DNA from: Octopus sinensis
Lineage: Eukaryota
Assembly: GCF_006345805.1 (NCBI RefSeq)
Contig: NC_043020.1
Location: 6,758,001-6,822,000, forward strand
DNA length: 64,000 bases
Direction of reading: 5' to 3'
Within the stretch, counting starts at the first letter, position 1. Each line of letters starts with the position of its first letter. Both the position numbers and the translations under genes were made by a program. Positions 51,258 through 64,000 of the stretch are shown piece after piece. Below the pieces are notes generated by a model. It did no database searches and was not told the DNA's origin. It saw only the letters and a list, made by a program, of their open reading frames with translations.

Positions 51258-51850
51258 AGGCTTGCAGACTCTCGATGGGGCTGGCGGAGTCTGGACAGGC
51301 TCGCGAGCTCTTGATGGGCTCATGGGCTCACAGACTCTTGACGGGCTTGCAGGCTCTCGAAATCTGATGGGCTCACAGACTCTTGACGGGCTTGCAGACT
51401 CTTGACGGGCTTGCGGACTCTTGATGGGCTTGCGGACTCTTGACGGGCTTGCGGACTCTCGACGAGCTTGCAGACTCTTGACGGGCTTGCGGACTCTCGA
51501 CGAGCTTGCAGACTCTTGACAAGCTTGCGAACTCTTGACGGGCTTGCGGACTATTGACAGAGTTGCCAACTCTTGACAGGCTCATGGACTCTTCATGGGC
51601 TTGTGGACCCTCAATGGCGCACAGACTTTCAACAAGCTTGCAGACTCTTGACGGGCTCATGGGCTCGCAGACTCTTAACAGGTTCACAGACTCTTGATGA
51701 GCTCATGAACTCTCGATGGGCTTACAGGCTCTCAACAAGCTTGTGGGCTCTGGATGGGCTCATGGACTCTCGATGGGCTCATGGACTCTTGATGGGCTCA
51801 CAGGCTCTCAACAAGCTTGAGGGCTCTGGATGGGCTCATGGACTCTCAAC
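51258..51850. repeat. 19-bp minisatellite (ACTCTTGACGGGCTTGC(A/G)G), about 30 copies
   Basis: 19-bp period clear at 51385-51550, diverged toward the flanks. Confidence 0.9.
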
Positions 51851-51989
51851 ATTTGCAAAATCTCAGTAGGCTCTCAGCAGACTCCAGTATCTTCAGATTA
51901 AATATATCAGCAATAATCGAGTCAAAGTCCTTCATCTTCTGACCCACCATAATCCTTCATTTAATCACTTGTCACTGTCCATCACCATC

Positions 51990-52029
<40 letters not shown>

Positions 52030-52939
52030 TTGGTGTGGTTTTTGTAAGCATCCTGCCCCCTACCATTTATGGACTGGACCTGATTTGTGTTATCAAGTTA
52101 CTTGTACCAACAGAGTTGCTCCTAAAAAGAACCTAATCCCAATTAATTCATTTTTTTTTTACATCAGTAGACTTGTTGCCTTCTCCCCAACAAGATTAAA
52201 CTGTCATCTCTAATCCTTTGTACTTTTATCTCTAATAATCTATTCCTTCCATTTTTGCACATTGTGAACGAATAACTTTTGAAGGATGACAAGCAGAGAA
52301 TGTTGGGAAAAGCAGGGGTTAATCTCTACAGTTGTCACCTACTCTTCCCTACCTCCCCTAAGTTTATCATCCCTCATCATTTGTTCTTCACTCATTAACA
52401 CCACCTCCTCACTGATCCCCTGCCTCTAACCATCTCTCACTCTCCTATACATTCTCACAGAGTTGAGTGAGGCACGTGGATCAGTGGTCAGGATATTTGG
52501 CTCACAGTCCATAAGGTTGTGAGTTCAATTCCTAGTAACATGCATCCTTGAGCAAAACACTTTATTTCATTTTATTTACAAGGAAATGAGCTGGCAGAAT
52601 CCTTAGCGTTTTGTCTGTCTTCATGTTCTGAGTTCAAATTCCACCAAGGTCAACTTTGTTTTTCATCCTTTCAGGGTCAATATAGTAAGTACCAGTTGTG
52701 CACTGGGGTTGATGTAATCGGCTTACTCTTCCTCTGAACTTGTTGGTCTTAGAAAAACAATTTCGGAGTCGATCATTTAGTCTCATCAGTTTTGCTCCTG
52801 TTGACCACCTTTTGATAAACACACTAATAATAATAATAATAATAATAATAAAGAAATAATTTTCTCCCATAGGCACAAGGCCCGAAATTTCAAAGGAAGG
52901 GGCCCAGCCAATTACGTTGACCCCTGTGCTCAACCAATA

Positions 52940-53415
52940 ATTATTTTATCAGTACCAGTGCTGCCAGACTGGCACCTGTGCTGGTGGCACATAAAATGCA
53001 CCATTCAAGTGTGGGCAGTGCTGCCTGACTGTCATCTGTGCCGGTGGCACATAGAATGCACCAATGAAGCGTGACCGATAGCAGTGCCACCTGACTGGCA
53101 CCTGTGCTGGTGGCATGTAAAATGCACCATTTGAGGGTGACCGATGCCAGTGCCACCTGACTGGCATCCATGCTGGTAGCACCTAAAAAGCACCATTGGA
53201 GTGTGACCGATGTCAGTGCCACTGGACTGGTTCCTGTGCTAGTGGTATGTAAAAACACCCACTACACTCTCAGAGTGGTTGGCATTAGGAAAGGCATCCA
53301 GCTGTAGAAACCTTGCTAAATCAGATTGGAGCATGGTGCAGCCTCTCAGCTTGCCAGTTCTCAGTCAAACTGTCCAACCCATTCCAGCATGGAAAGCAGA
53401 CGTTAAACAATGATG
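52940..53415 (+). mobile_element. Family E fragment with about five 59-bp VNTR monomers
   Basis: CTGACTGGCACCTGTGCTGGTGGCATGTAAAATGCACCAT repeats followed by the E core and GATGAT tail. Confidence 0.8.
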
Positions 53416-55143
53416 ATTCCAAAAAGATGAAGGGCAAAGTTGATCTCGGTAGGATTTGAACCCAGAACATAGGGACAGACAAAATGCTGCTAAATGCTTT
53501 ATCCAATGTCTTAATGTTTCTGCCAGCTCACTACCATAATAATAATCCTTAAATCCTTAAAAATGTTTTAGCCCGAAGGCCGCGGCCATGCTGGGGCACC
53601 ACCGCTGAAATTATTTGCATCGGCCAGGAAATGACAATAATGACTTCATATTTTGGCACAAGGCCAGCAATTTTGACCCCAGTATCTAACTGGTACTTAA
53701 TTTATCCATCCCGAAAGTATGAATGGCAAAGTCAACCTTGGCAGTATTTTGAAGGGTAATAATGATAATAATAGTTTGTAAATGTGGGCATGAAATTACA
53801 TATCTGAGGAGGTTAAGCTAACCCCTAAATATGATATGCAGTTTAACAAACCTAGGAATGGTGAAATATAAATCTACTGCTCTTACTTACAGCAATAACA
53901 ACAACAGCAGCAACATTAATAACAAAATCAATTTTAACAGCTGTTAATAATGTAATGCGCAGTGCTGTTTTCAACATGACCCAAATATATATATGCATAT
54001 ATATATATATGTGTGTGTGTGTATATATGTGTATATATATATGTGTGTGTGTGTGTATGTGTATATATGTGTGTGTGTGTATGTGTATATGTGTGTGTGT
54101 ATATATATATATATATGTGTATATGTGTATATATATATGTGTATATATGTGTGTATATGTGTATATATACATATGTGTATATATGTGTGTATATGTGTGT
54201 GTATATATGTGTGTATATGTGTATATATATATATGTGTATATATGTATATATGTATATGTATATATATACATACACATACACGTATATACATATGTATAA
54301 CTGTATGTACATGCATATATGTGTGTGTACATGCCTGTGTAAATAAACTTGTGTGCCTGTGTACATAAATATATATGCACACACAGGCTGAGGACACAAA
54401 CATTGTGCAGTTGAGATTAAATTTGTAAACAGTTACAGCCATATGCTTAATAAACATATCTGGTTCTCTATTCCTCCTCTCCCATGAACGTTTCTCTCTT
54501 TCCATCTCACTCTAGTTTAGCTTCTGTCATCGCCCTCTTCATCTTTGAATACTAAGAACTCTAATCTTGTGAGGTACACAGCATCTTCACTAGCACTAGG
54601 GCCACCATAAAAGGCACCCAATTTCTGTAATGTAGTATTATTGTACTGAGGTAATAATATAGGGTGAGAGTACTCTTTAGTGTAGTCAAATGCATAGCAA
54701 CCCCTCTGGTGTAGGTGCCACAACAGTAAAGCACCTGGTTCACTTTGTAATGTAGTCGGTGTTAAGAAACACATCTATTCGTGGAAAACCTGCCCAAAAC
54801 ATGAGCATGCAAGAAAATGGGGTCATCTGATTCATATATGAAGGCAATAACTTAATATTCGAATTGACTTGGATGATCCATCAAACCCATGCCAGCACAG
54901 AAAGCAGATGTAAAATGATGTGGAGGATGGTTTAGTGTTGCTGTGAACATACACTGTTGTTTAATCAAAGAGATTTCAACAACTGAGATGCAAAATTGGT
55001 TAAACTGATTTTGCTTTATGTTAAAACCTCATCAGGATAACCACTTATTTCCTCCTATCTGTTGACAGAATAGACTGGTATCCATAGCAAAAGAAAAAAG
55101 TTAACAAAATCTGGATCAGCATAATTGTATTTATTCATGACAG

Positions 55144-55363
55144 TGTGACGTTGACAGTATAGCATTGATGGTACAAGGTTGACGGTGTAAGGTTGACAGT
55201 GTAAGGTTGATAGTGTAAGTTTGATGGTGTCAGGTCGATGGTGTAGTCGACGGTGGTAAGGTCGACCGTGTCAGGTCGACAGTGTAAAATCAAAGGTGTC
55301 AGGTCGATGGTGCCAGGTTGACGGTGTCAGGTCAATGGTGTCAGTTCGACGGTATCAGGTTCA
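55144..55363. repeat. 14-bp minisatellite (TGTCAGGTCGATGG)
   Basis: About 15 degenerate copies. Confidence 0.85.
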
Positions 55364-56391
55364 CAACATAACATCAAGTGAAAAGTTGACGCTGTAAAGT
55401 TGGCACCTTCCTCCAAAATTTCAGGCCTTGGACCTATAATAGAAAAGATTGTTATTATAATTACTGATTTGAAATTTTGGCACAAGGCCAGCAGTTTTAG
55501 GGAAGGGGCTAATTTGATTATATTGACCCCAGTGTTCAAGTGATACCCCAAAAGGATGAAAAGCAAAGTTGACCTCAGCGGAATTTGAACTCAGAACATG
55601 AAGACAGATGAATCCCAGAATGCTAAGGATTCCACCGGCTCACCAACTTTCATTGCTTTTATTATTATTGGTATGTACACTCACATACGTGTATGTCCAG
55701 GTATGACTTTCAGCTGCATCCAGTAGTTGGGTCCCTGGTTCAGGAGTTTCACGGTTTTGAAGAGTGTGGAACCACCTCTTGGCCCCTATTCTTCCCAAGT
55801 TGTAAGTTAATTACACTGACCCCCAGTACTCAGCTGGTACCTCTTTTGTTGACCCTGAAAGAGACAAAAGGAAAAGTTAGACCTCGGCAGAATTTGAACT
55901 CAGAACATAAAGACAGACGAAACACTGCTAAGCATTTTGTTCAACATTCTAACTATTCTGACATCTAGATGTCACTCCTAATAACAGTAATAATAACGAG
56001 CTTATTGTATAGTACTCAGGTGCACTGTAACTCGTTATGTATGTATGTGAGGCAAAGAGCATAGTTCTCTAAATTCACAGCAGCTGTTCTTTGAGAAATG
56101 CAAAGCTGAAAACCATTTCAAAGAAAGACTCCAAAACAGATTTTTCAGATTTTATTCTGTGAATGTTTCCAGTTTTACAAAGAATTATTGAAGAATTTCA
56201 ATATTGCATTAGAACGTGCACACACAATAGCGTGTCGAGGTGTGCAGTGTGGTGTACTGTGTCAATGGTGCAGTTTATAGCATGATGTTAGTAATGCAGC
56301 ATGGTGTGCACTGCCAATAATGCAGTTTGCTGCGCATGATGTCAGGAATAGTCAAATGAATGACAATTATAATAATAATAATAATAATAAT

Positions 56392-56792
56392 CATCATCAT
56401 CATCATTTAGCGTCCGCTTTCCATGCTAGCATGGGTTGGACGGTTTAACTGGGGTCTGTGAAGCCGGAAGGCTTCATCAGGCCCAGTCAGATTTGGCAGT
56501 GTTTCTACAGCTGGATGCCCTTCCTAACGCCAACCACTCCTCGAGTGTAGTGGGTGTTTTTTACGTGCCACCTGCACAGGTGCCAGACAGAGCTGGCACA
56601 ACGGCCATGAACGGATGGTGCTTTTACGTGTCACCGGCACGGGGCCAGCCGAGGCTGGCAACGAACACGAGCGGATGGTGCTTTTACGTGCCACCGACAC
56701 GGGGCCAGACAGAGCTGGCAAACGGCCACGAACGGACGGTGCTTTTACGTGTCACCGGCACGGGGGCCAGCCGAAGCTGGCAACGAACACGA
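56392..56792 (-). mobile_element. Family E copy with alternating A-B-A-B VNTR monomers (122-bp dimer)
   Basis: GCCAG..CTGGC hairpins at 56582, 56644, 56704 and 56766; flanked by (AAT)n. Confidence 0.85.
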
Positions 56793-57292
56793 ACAATAAT
56801 AATAATATAATAATAATAATAATGGTTTCAAATTTTGCCACAAGGGCAGCAATTTTGGGGGGAGGGGGATGAGTTGATTACATTGATCCCAGTGTATAAC
56901 GGGTACTAATTTTATTGACCTTGAAAGGATGTAAGGCAAAGTCAACCTTGGAAGAATTTGAGCTCAGAACACAAAAACAGATGAAATGCTGCTAAACATT
57001 TTGCCTGGCACCGTAAACGGTAATGATTCTGCCAGCTCACCGCCTTAATAATAATAATAGTAGTAGTAGTAGTAGTAGTAAAAGTCATAATAATAGTATT
57101 AATAACAATAATAATAGTAATGATGGTGATGATGATAATAAATAATGTCAACAAGAGTACTTAGGGAGCGCAAACCTCCACCAAGGCAACACCAACGTCA
57201 TCTCAACGATTAACTAGAGATGATTTTTAAAATGAGAATATCTGAAATAAACTCGACTCTCAAAAAGGAGGCGTCTCAATTTCTGAGCAATG

Positions 57293-57530
57293 TCACTGGT
57301 TGGATATGACATCCAACCAAGGGTGACCCATCATCCTGTTAAGCATCTTGGTACCAAAGGAGTTCAGGTGGCTCTCAAGGGCCCTCAATGGTGTCTCAGT
57401 CTCACAGGTGTAGAGTGGGACAGGGAGAACCATAGACCCGAAGGCAGAAACCTTTGTCCTTCTGCTCAGCCACCAGCAGTGCTGGACACCCTTGTTTGTT
57501 GAGTCCACAACTGCATCGACATGTCCAAGT
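57293..57530 (-). pseudogene. RTE LINE ORF2 C-terminal fragment
   Basis: LSRRTKVSAFGSMVLPVPLYTCET...HLNSFGTKMLNRMMG..W.DVISN resembles the RTE TK..F..LVLP.LLYGCETW...RI.G..W.D..SN motif. Confidence 0.8.
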
Positions 57531-57713
57531 GTTTTTAAGACTTTGGACTTGATGCTAATGCCACTATGTTATCACTTAGCTGAGATAAGTGAAATGGTCA
57601 ACACACACACACACATGTATATATATGTGTGTGTATAAATATATACGTGCGTGGTTATGGGTATAAATACATGTGCATGTGTGTGTGTATAAATGGGTGT
57701 ATATAAATGTATA

Positions 57714-57757
<44 letters not shown>

Positions 57758-58579
57758 TAAATATGTGTGTGTGTCTATATATATATATATAAATGTGCGT
57801 GTGTATATATATATATATAAATAAATAAATATGTGTTTGTGTATAAATATTTATGTGAATATGTATTAATATTTCACTAAGACATAGTGAGACTAATAAC
57901 CTGGTGTAGAACTCAATACACGTATGTTTCAGAGTAAAGTGTTGGCTGGGCATAGAGCAGTTAGGAGAGAGAGAGAGAGAGAGAGAGAGAGCAGTTAGAA
58001 GAGAGAGAGAGAGAGAGATGACTAAAATCATTTTCTTCCTTTCTCACCTCTCTTTCTTATTTCTGAATATATACGTGTGTGTGTGCGTGTGTGTCTGGCC
58101 TAATTTTAACTTATCTCCTTATGTTATTTCCCACCCTAAAACTCTGTAGATAAAAAAACAACCAAATTACAATAAACTCTGTAGATAAAAAAACAACCAA
58201 ATCACAATAAACTCATCAATTGACCATTAATTAACAAAAAACCCACAATTTCAGACATTTCATTCACATGGATTAATTGTTACACCCCGCCCCACTACTT
58301 GTCTGTGTTTGTGCCCCCACCATCATTTAACAACCGATGCTGGTGTATTTACATCCCCATAACTTAGCTGTTTGGCAAAGGAGACCAATAGAATAAGTAC
58401 TAGGCTTACAAAGAATAAGTCCTGGGGTTGACTTGTTTGACTCAAGGTGGTACTTTTTCCAGATCCAACCCCGTTTCCCAGTATTGTAAACTCAATATGT
58501 AATCCTCACCATTTTTCTTTCCGTTTTTAATCTTTCTTTTCCATTATTCCTGTAGCAATAAAAGGAAACATTATTATTG

Positions 58580-59500
58580 AGGCAGTGAGCTGGCAATGGT
58601 GTCAGAAAAAGTGCATAGTGGCATTTCTTCTGACACTTTATATCATGAGTTCAAATTCTGCCGAGGTCAACTTCACCTTTCATCCTTTTGGGGTCGATGA
58701 AATAAGTACAAATTGAGTGCTGGGGGTCAGCTAGCCCCTTCCCCCAAAATTTCACACCCTGTGCCCATATTCAAAAAGCATTATTATTATGGCAAGCTGG
58801 CAGAATTGGTAGCCCGCCAGGCGAAATGCTTAGTAGCATTTCATCTGTCTTTACATTCTGATGCCAAATTCCGCTGGGGCTGATGAAGTAAGTACCATTT
58901 GAACCAGGGAGTTAATTCAATTGACTTACCCCTTCCCCCAAATGTGCCAAAATTTGAAACCATCATCATCATCATCATTATTATTATTATTATTAAAGGT
59001 GGTGAGTTGGCAGAATCGTTAGCACACTGCATGAAATGCTTAGTGGTATTTCACCTGTCGCTACATTCTGAGTTCAAATTCCATCAACATCAACTTTGCC
59101 TTTTATCCTTTCGGGGTCTATAAATTAAGTACCAGTTATGCACTGGGGTTGATGTAATCGATTAGTCCCCTCCCCCACCCCCCAAAAATTTCAAGCCTTG
59201 TGCCTTCAGTAGAAAGGATTATTATCATCATCATCATTATTATTATTATTATTATTATTAAGGCTGCTAGCTGGCAGAGTTGTTAGCATGCTGGATGAAA
59301 CTCTTGGCAGCATTTCTTCTGTCTCTTTATGTTCTGAGTTCAAATCCTGCCAAGGTTGACTTTGCCTTGCATTTTTTTTCAGAGGTTGGGGGTAGGTCAA
59401 TTACATCAACCCCAGCGCTCGACTGGTATTTAAAATATTATCGACTCCAAAAGGACGAAAGGTAAAGTCAACCTCAGCAGCATTTGAACTCAGAACAAAG
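58580..59500. mobile_element. Cluster of about five family A SINEs separated by (ATT)n/(ATC)n
   Basis: Repeated GAGTTCAAAT...CTTT cores, four plus and one minus. Confidence 0.75.
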
Positions 59501-59567
59501 ACAGACGAGGTTTCGAATTTTGGTACAAGGCCAACAGTTTTAGGGACAGGGGTAACTTGATTACTCT

Positions 59568-59860
59568 GGCGACACGTAAAAGGCACCCTGTATTGGTGAC
59601 ACGTAAAAGGCACCCTGTATTGGTGACACGTAAAAGGCACCCTGTGTTGGTGACACGTAAAAGGCACCCTGTGTTGGCGACATGTAAAAGGCACCCTGTG
59701 TTGGCGACACGTAAAAGGCACCCTGTATTGGTGACACGTAAAAGGCACCCTGTGTTGGCGACATGTAAAAGGCACCCTGTATTGGCGACACGTAAAAGGC
59801 ACCCTGTGTTGGCGACACGTAAAAGGCACCCTGTATTGGCAACACGTAAAAGGCATCCTG
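59568..59860. repeat. 27-bp minisatellite, 11 copies, heading a family E fragment that runs to about 60077
   Basis: Unit GG(C/T)GACA(C/T)GTAAAAGGCACCCTGT(A/G)TT; continues into GTAAAAAGCACCCACTACAC...GGCATTAGGAAGG. Confidence 0.95.
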
Positions 59861-61291
59861 AGCTGTCACTTGTGCCAGTGTCATGTAAAAGGCACCCATG
59901 CCAGTGGCCCGTAAAAAGCACCCACTACACCCTTGGAGTGGTTGGCATTAGGAAGGACATCCAACCATAGAGATCAAGCCAAAACAGTCTGGAATCTGGT
60001 ACAGGTCTCTGGCTTACCAATTCCAGTCAGACCATACAACCCATGCCAGCATGGAAAGCAGACATTAAATGGTGATGACTGGGTGGATTGGTCAAATCAT
60101 TAGAACACAGGACGAAATACCTTGTGGTGTTAGTTCCAACTCGCGATGTTCAGAGATCAAATTCCTTCATGATTAGCTTTACCGTTCCTCTCTCTCTCTC
60201 TCTCTCCGGAGTTGATCGATTAAAGTACCAATCAGACACCGGGGATCAACATAATCAACTTGCCCCCTCTCCCACCAACCCTTCCCCACCAAAACCACCC
60301 CTTTTGCAAAAATTACTGGCCTTGGGCCAAAATTTATAACCATCATCATCATCATCATGGAGACATTATGATGCACACACAGACACACACACAGACACAT
60401 ATATTCAGAATTGAATTGATTATTGTAATGTATGGAAACTCTGTTTTTGCTCTTTGTGTGTTTATACGTCCAAAAATAAGCAGTAATGACCCAAAAATGG
60501 CAACAAAGAAGAAAAAAACAAACAAAAAACAAAAAAGTGAAAAATAAAAGAAAAACCAAAAACGAATATTGATTTCCAATATCTTCTTGAATGTAAAGAA
60601 GCGATTGATTTTTTTATTTTTTTTTATTTGTAGGGTTGAGTGTTAAATCAATGTAAATAGTATAAATCATTGTAATTAACCCCAGTATATGTCTGGTATT
60701 CAGGGTATTGTAGCTGCTAGAGGGAGTGAAAAAGGAAAGTCGGGCATCACGCTTTGTGAGACCAGGAAGGCTGTAGCACTGTATATTTAGTCTGATGCTC
60801 CACCGACTCAGTCAATTTAATGCCTTGAAGTGTAGCAAACAGGAAAGAGATTCATAATTAAATTGGCTAATTGGCTAGTTGGTCAGTTGGTTAACTGGTT
60901 GGTCAAGCAATTGGTCAGTTGGCTTGTAGGTCAGTTGGTTCACTGATTGGTTGTTTGTCTGGCTGAGTAATTTGTTGAGCCCCAGATCAAACCAGACTAG
61001 ACAGGCCCATGGTCAAACAAGTCCTGGCCGCCACTCTCCTCTCTTTGCTAAATCTCAAGGGCTACACTTTCTTAATATGCTCTCCTAAATATTAATGAGT
61101 TTAGGTTTTTGATCTGGGAGGAATATGGCTGCTATTTCTGTTAGGACAAGCAACCACACAGAGGGCTCTTGAATTTGCTCAGGGTTTCATTTCTTTGCAA
61201 TACAGCTGGTCTCTTCTTCACAGAATACAATCTAGCAAAAGCCTAAATCTTAGTATCCTTTAATCCTGTAATGATTAATTATCATCATATT

Positions 61292-61908
61292 CACCATCAC
61301 CATCATCATTCAACGTCTGTTTTCCATGCTGGCATGGGTTGGACGGTGTGACTGGAGCTGTTAAGGCCAGGGTCTCCACTAGGCCCCACTGTCTGTTCTG
61401 GCATGGGGCATGCTTTCTACAGCTGGATGCCCTTCCTAATGCCTACCATTCTAGAGTTTATAGATGACACCAGCCCTGGTATCAATTCTGCCATGTTAAA
61501 ACGGGTCTTCCCAAGGCATCAGATATCTTGGTCCTTTGTCATCTTCATAAAGTTCAGTGTCTTGAGATCAGCCTTAAATACTGCGCTTCATATCTTCTTT
61601 TGTCGTTTCCTTCTTCCACAGTTCCTTCCAGTTTAAGTGATTGGCACTTCTGTATGCAACTGTCAGCATCCAATCCACATCACATGACCAAACCAGCACA
61701 GTCTCCTCTCTTGCTCGCCACATCTAATTCCTCTTCTGACCAATTTTGCTCTCACCACACTACCACACATTTACACTGACATCACACATCTGGCAGAGCA
61801 TTCTAGCTTCATCCCTCTCTAACCTTTACATGTCCCTTGCATCCAGGGCCCATCTCTTGCTACCATGTAGCATTGCTGTTCATATACATGCGTCATACAG
61901 TCTTCCTT
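61292..61908 (-). mobile_element. RTE LINE 3' fragment (ORF2 C-terminus, 3' UTR, (GAT)n tail)
   Basis: Decayed GRLYDACI..AMLHGS..WAL...RLER.EARML..MC and QERRLCWFGHV; 3' end matches the family E tail. Confidence 0.85.
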
Positions 61909-63109
61909 TATCATAATAATTCTTCATGGCTGAGTGGTTAAGAAGCCTGCTTCTGAACCAGGTGATTTCAAGTTCGGTCCCACTGTGGGGCACTTTGGTC
62001 AAATGTCTACTGCTGTAATCCCAAGATGACCAAAGCCTTCTGAGTGAATTTGGTAGATGGAAACTGAAAGAAGCCTTATTGTACATCATCATCATCATCG
62101 TCATCATTTTAATGTCCACCTTTCCATGTCTAGATTGGTCAGATGCAATTCACAGAGGCAGATTTTCTAAGATCAACACCCTTCTTGTCACCAATCCTCA
62201 CCTGTTTCCAAGCAAGGTAATACCCCACCCCCTCAGCCAGACGGGCTTTACACAGAATATTGGAAACAAATGACATTCATTTCCAAACAATCATGCAATA
62301 TCAAGACTAGGAGGCACAAATACACAACAGGCTTCTTTCAGTTTCTATCTACCAAATCCACACATAAAACTTTGGTCACCCTGGTGCTATATTAGAAGCC
62401 ATCTGCACAAGGTACCACACAGTAGGACTGAACCTAGAACCATGTGGTTGGGAAGCATGGGTCAAAGTGGTGAGAAAAGATTATTGTCTCACTAGGAAAC
62501 AAACAAGTGTTGGTGATAGGAAAAGCATCCAGCTGTGGAAAAACTCTGTTAAAACATTCTTTTGTCTGACCTCTACAGGTTTGGATAAGTAGACATTAGA
62601 ACAACTATGGTGATTCAAGCAAAACATCCTTGCATCTGTTATCTTTTAATTGTTTCAGTCATTAGACTGCGGCCATGCTGGAGCACCACCTCAAAGAAAT
62701 TTTAATCAAATGAATTGATCCCCCAGTTCTTTCTCTTCTTTAAAGTCTGACACTTATTTTATCAGTCTCATTTGCTAAACCACTAAGTTATCAGCATCAT
62801 CATCATCATCGTTTAACATCTGCTTTCCATGCTGGCATGGGTTGGATGGTTTGACTGAGGGCTGGGCAAGCCAGAAGGCTGCACCAGTCTCCAATCTTGT
62901 CTAGCAGAGTTTCTCCAGCTGAATGCCTTTCCTAACGCCAACCACTCTGAGAGTGTAGTGGATGCTTTTTAAGTGCCACCAACATGAGGGCCAGTCAGGC
63001 AGTACTGGCATTGACTGCACTCAAATGGTGGTGGGGGACAAACACATAGACAAAGACACACAGACACACACATATATATATATATATATAATTGGGTAAT
63101 TATCTATTC

Positions 63110-63415
63110 GCAATGGCCCAGTGGTTAAGGCAGTGGACTTGCGGTTGGAGGATCGTGGTTTCGATTCCCAGACCGGGCGTTGTGTGTGTCTATTGAACGA
63201 AAACACCTAAAGCTCCACGAGGCTCCGGCAGGGGGGGGGCCATCCCTGTGGTACTCCTTCGCCCCAACTTTTTCTCACTCTTTCTACCTGTCTTTGAAGT
63301 AACGCTGCGATGGACTGGCGTCCCGTCCAGCTGGGGCGAAGACATACGCCACAGAAACCGGGAGACTGGGCTCATGAGCCTGGCTAGGCTTGAAAAGGGT
63401 GCATAAAAAAAATAA
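63110..63415 (+). mobile_element. SINE family C (V-domain-like) with 12-bp TSD
   Basis: AATTATCTATTC at 63098-63109 and 63416-63427; A-rich tail. Confidence 0.9.
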
Positions 63416-63572
63416 AATTATCTATTCATACTCAAAAGAAGCCCAAACACAAACCTGGAAGTACGTATAATACTACCACTGAATAGTACAGGGTGAGGCT
63501 TTATACTGTTCTCTACTACATTCTTAACAGTATATACCATAACTATATATTTATACACACACACACTCTCTC

Positions 63573-63772
63573 TCTTTTACTTGTTTCAGTCATTTGACTG
63601 CGGCCATGCTGGAGCACCGTCTTTAGTCGAGCAAATCGACCCCGGAACTTATTCTTTGTAAGCCCAGTACTTATTCTATCGGTCTCTTTTGCCGAACCAC
63701 TAAGTGACGGGGATGTAAACACACCAGCATCGGTTGTCAAGCAATGCTAGGGGGACAAACACAGACACACAA

Positions 63773-63820
<48 letters not shown>

Positions 63821-63991
63821 TATATATATACGACAGGCTTCTTTCAGTTTCTATCTACGAAATCCACTCACAAGGCATTGGTCGGCCCGGGGCTATAGCA
63901 GAAGACACTTGCCCAAGATGCCACGCAGTGGGACTGAACTCAGAACCATGTGGTTGGTTAGCAAGCTACTTACCACACAGCCACTCCTGCA
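63573..63991 (-). mobile_element. SINE family B composite, full length
   Basis: Reverse complement of the family structure with an internal (TA)n. Confidence 0.85.
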
Positions 63992-64000
63992 CATTGGGCT

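Noticed and set aside
51225-51869. Repetitive ESASPSRVRKPV-type ORFs
   Set aside because: The 19-bp unit is not a multiple of three; ORFs are by-products of the array.
56070-56165. Plus-strand exon candidate QLFFEKCKAENHFKERLQNRFFRFYS
   Set aside because: An equally plausible frame exists on the minus strand, the donor is weak and there are no partner exons.
59568-59860. CRISPR-like array (also 50101, 51258, 55144)
   Set aside because: Contiguous tandem units with no unique spacers, no cas genes, eukaryotic context.

Overview
Eukaryotic, AT-rich, repeat-saturated DNA with one 100-N scaffold gap (6533-6632). The SINE/LINE families and the microsatellite load suggest a cephalopod (octopus-like) genome; this is an inference from remembered repeat families, not a database hit. 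Nearly all ORFs in the supplied track are microsatellite artefacts. There is no operon, rRNA, intact tRNA or CRISPR array. Supported content: several tRNA-derived SINE families (four copies with clear target-site duplications), RTE- and CR1-type LINE fragments, a decayed DD34D mariner, a full-length but disrupted Tc1-type element with a DD36E triad, two MITE-like elements, a foldback, many minisatellites, and a weakly supported chain of small minus-strand exons. Most notable: (1) a TSD-flanked element at 46980-47754 joining a Pol III tRNA-like head to two inverted hammerhead-ribozyme-bearing arms; (2) four more decayed Penelope-type hammerhead motifs from other families; (3) the DD36E (Incomer-like) transposon. 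Family letters A-E are my own labels. Edges of degenerate repeats are approximate; TSD, TIR and ribozyme coordinates were counted by hand.
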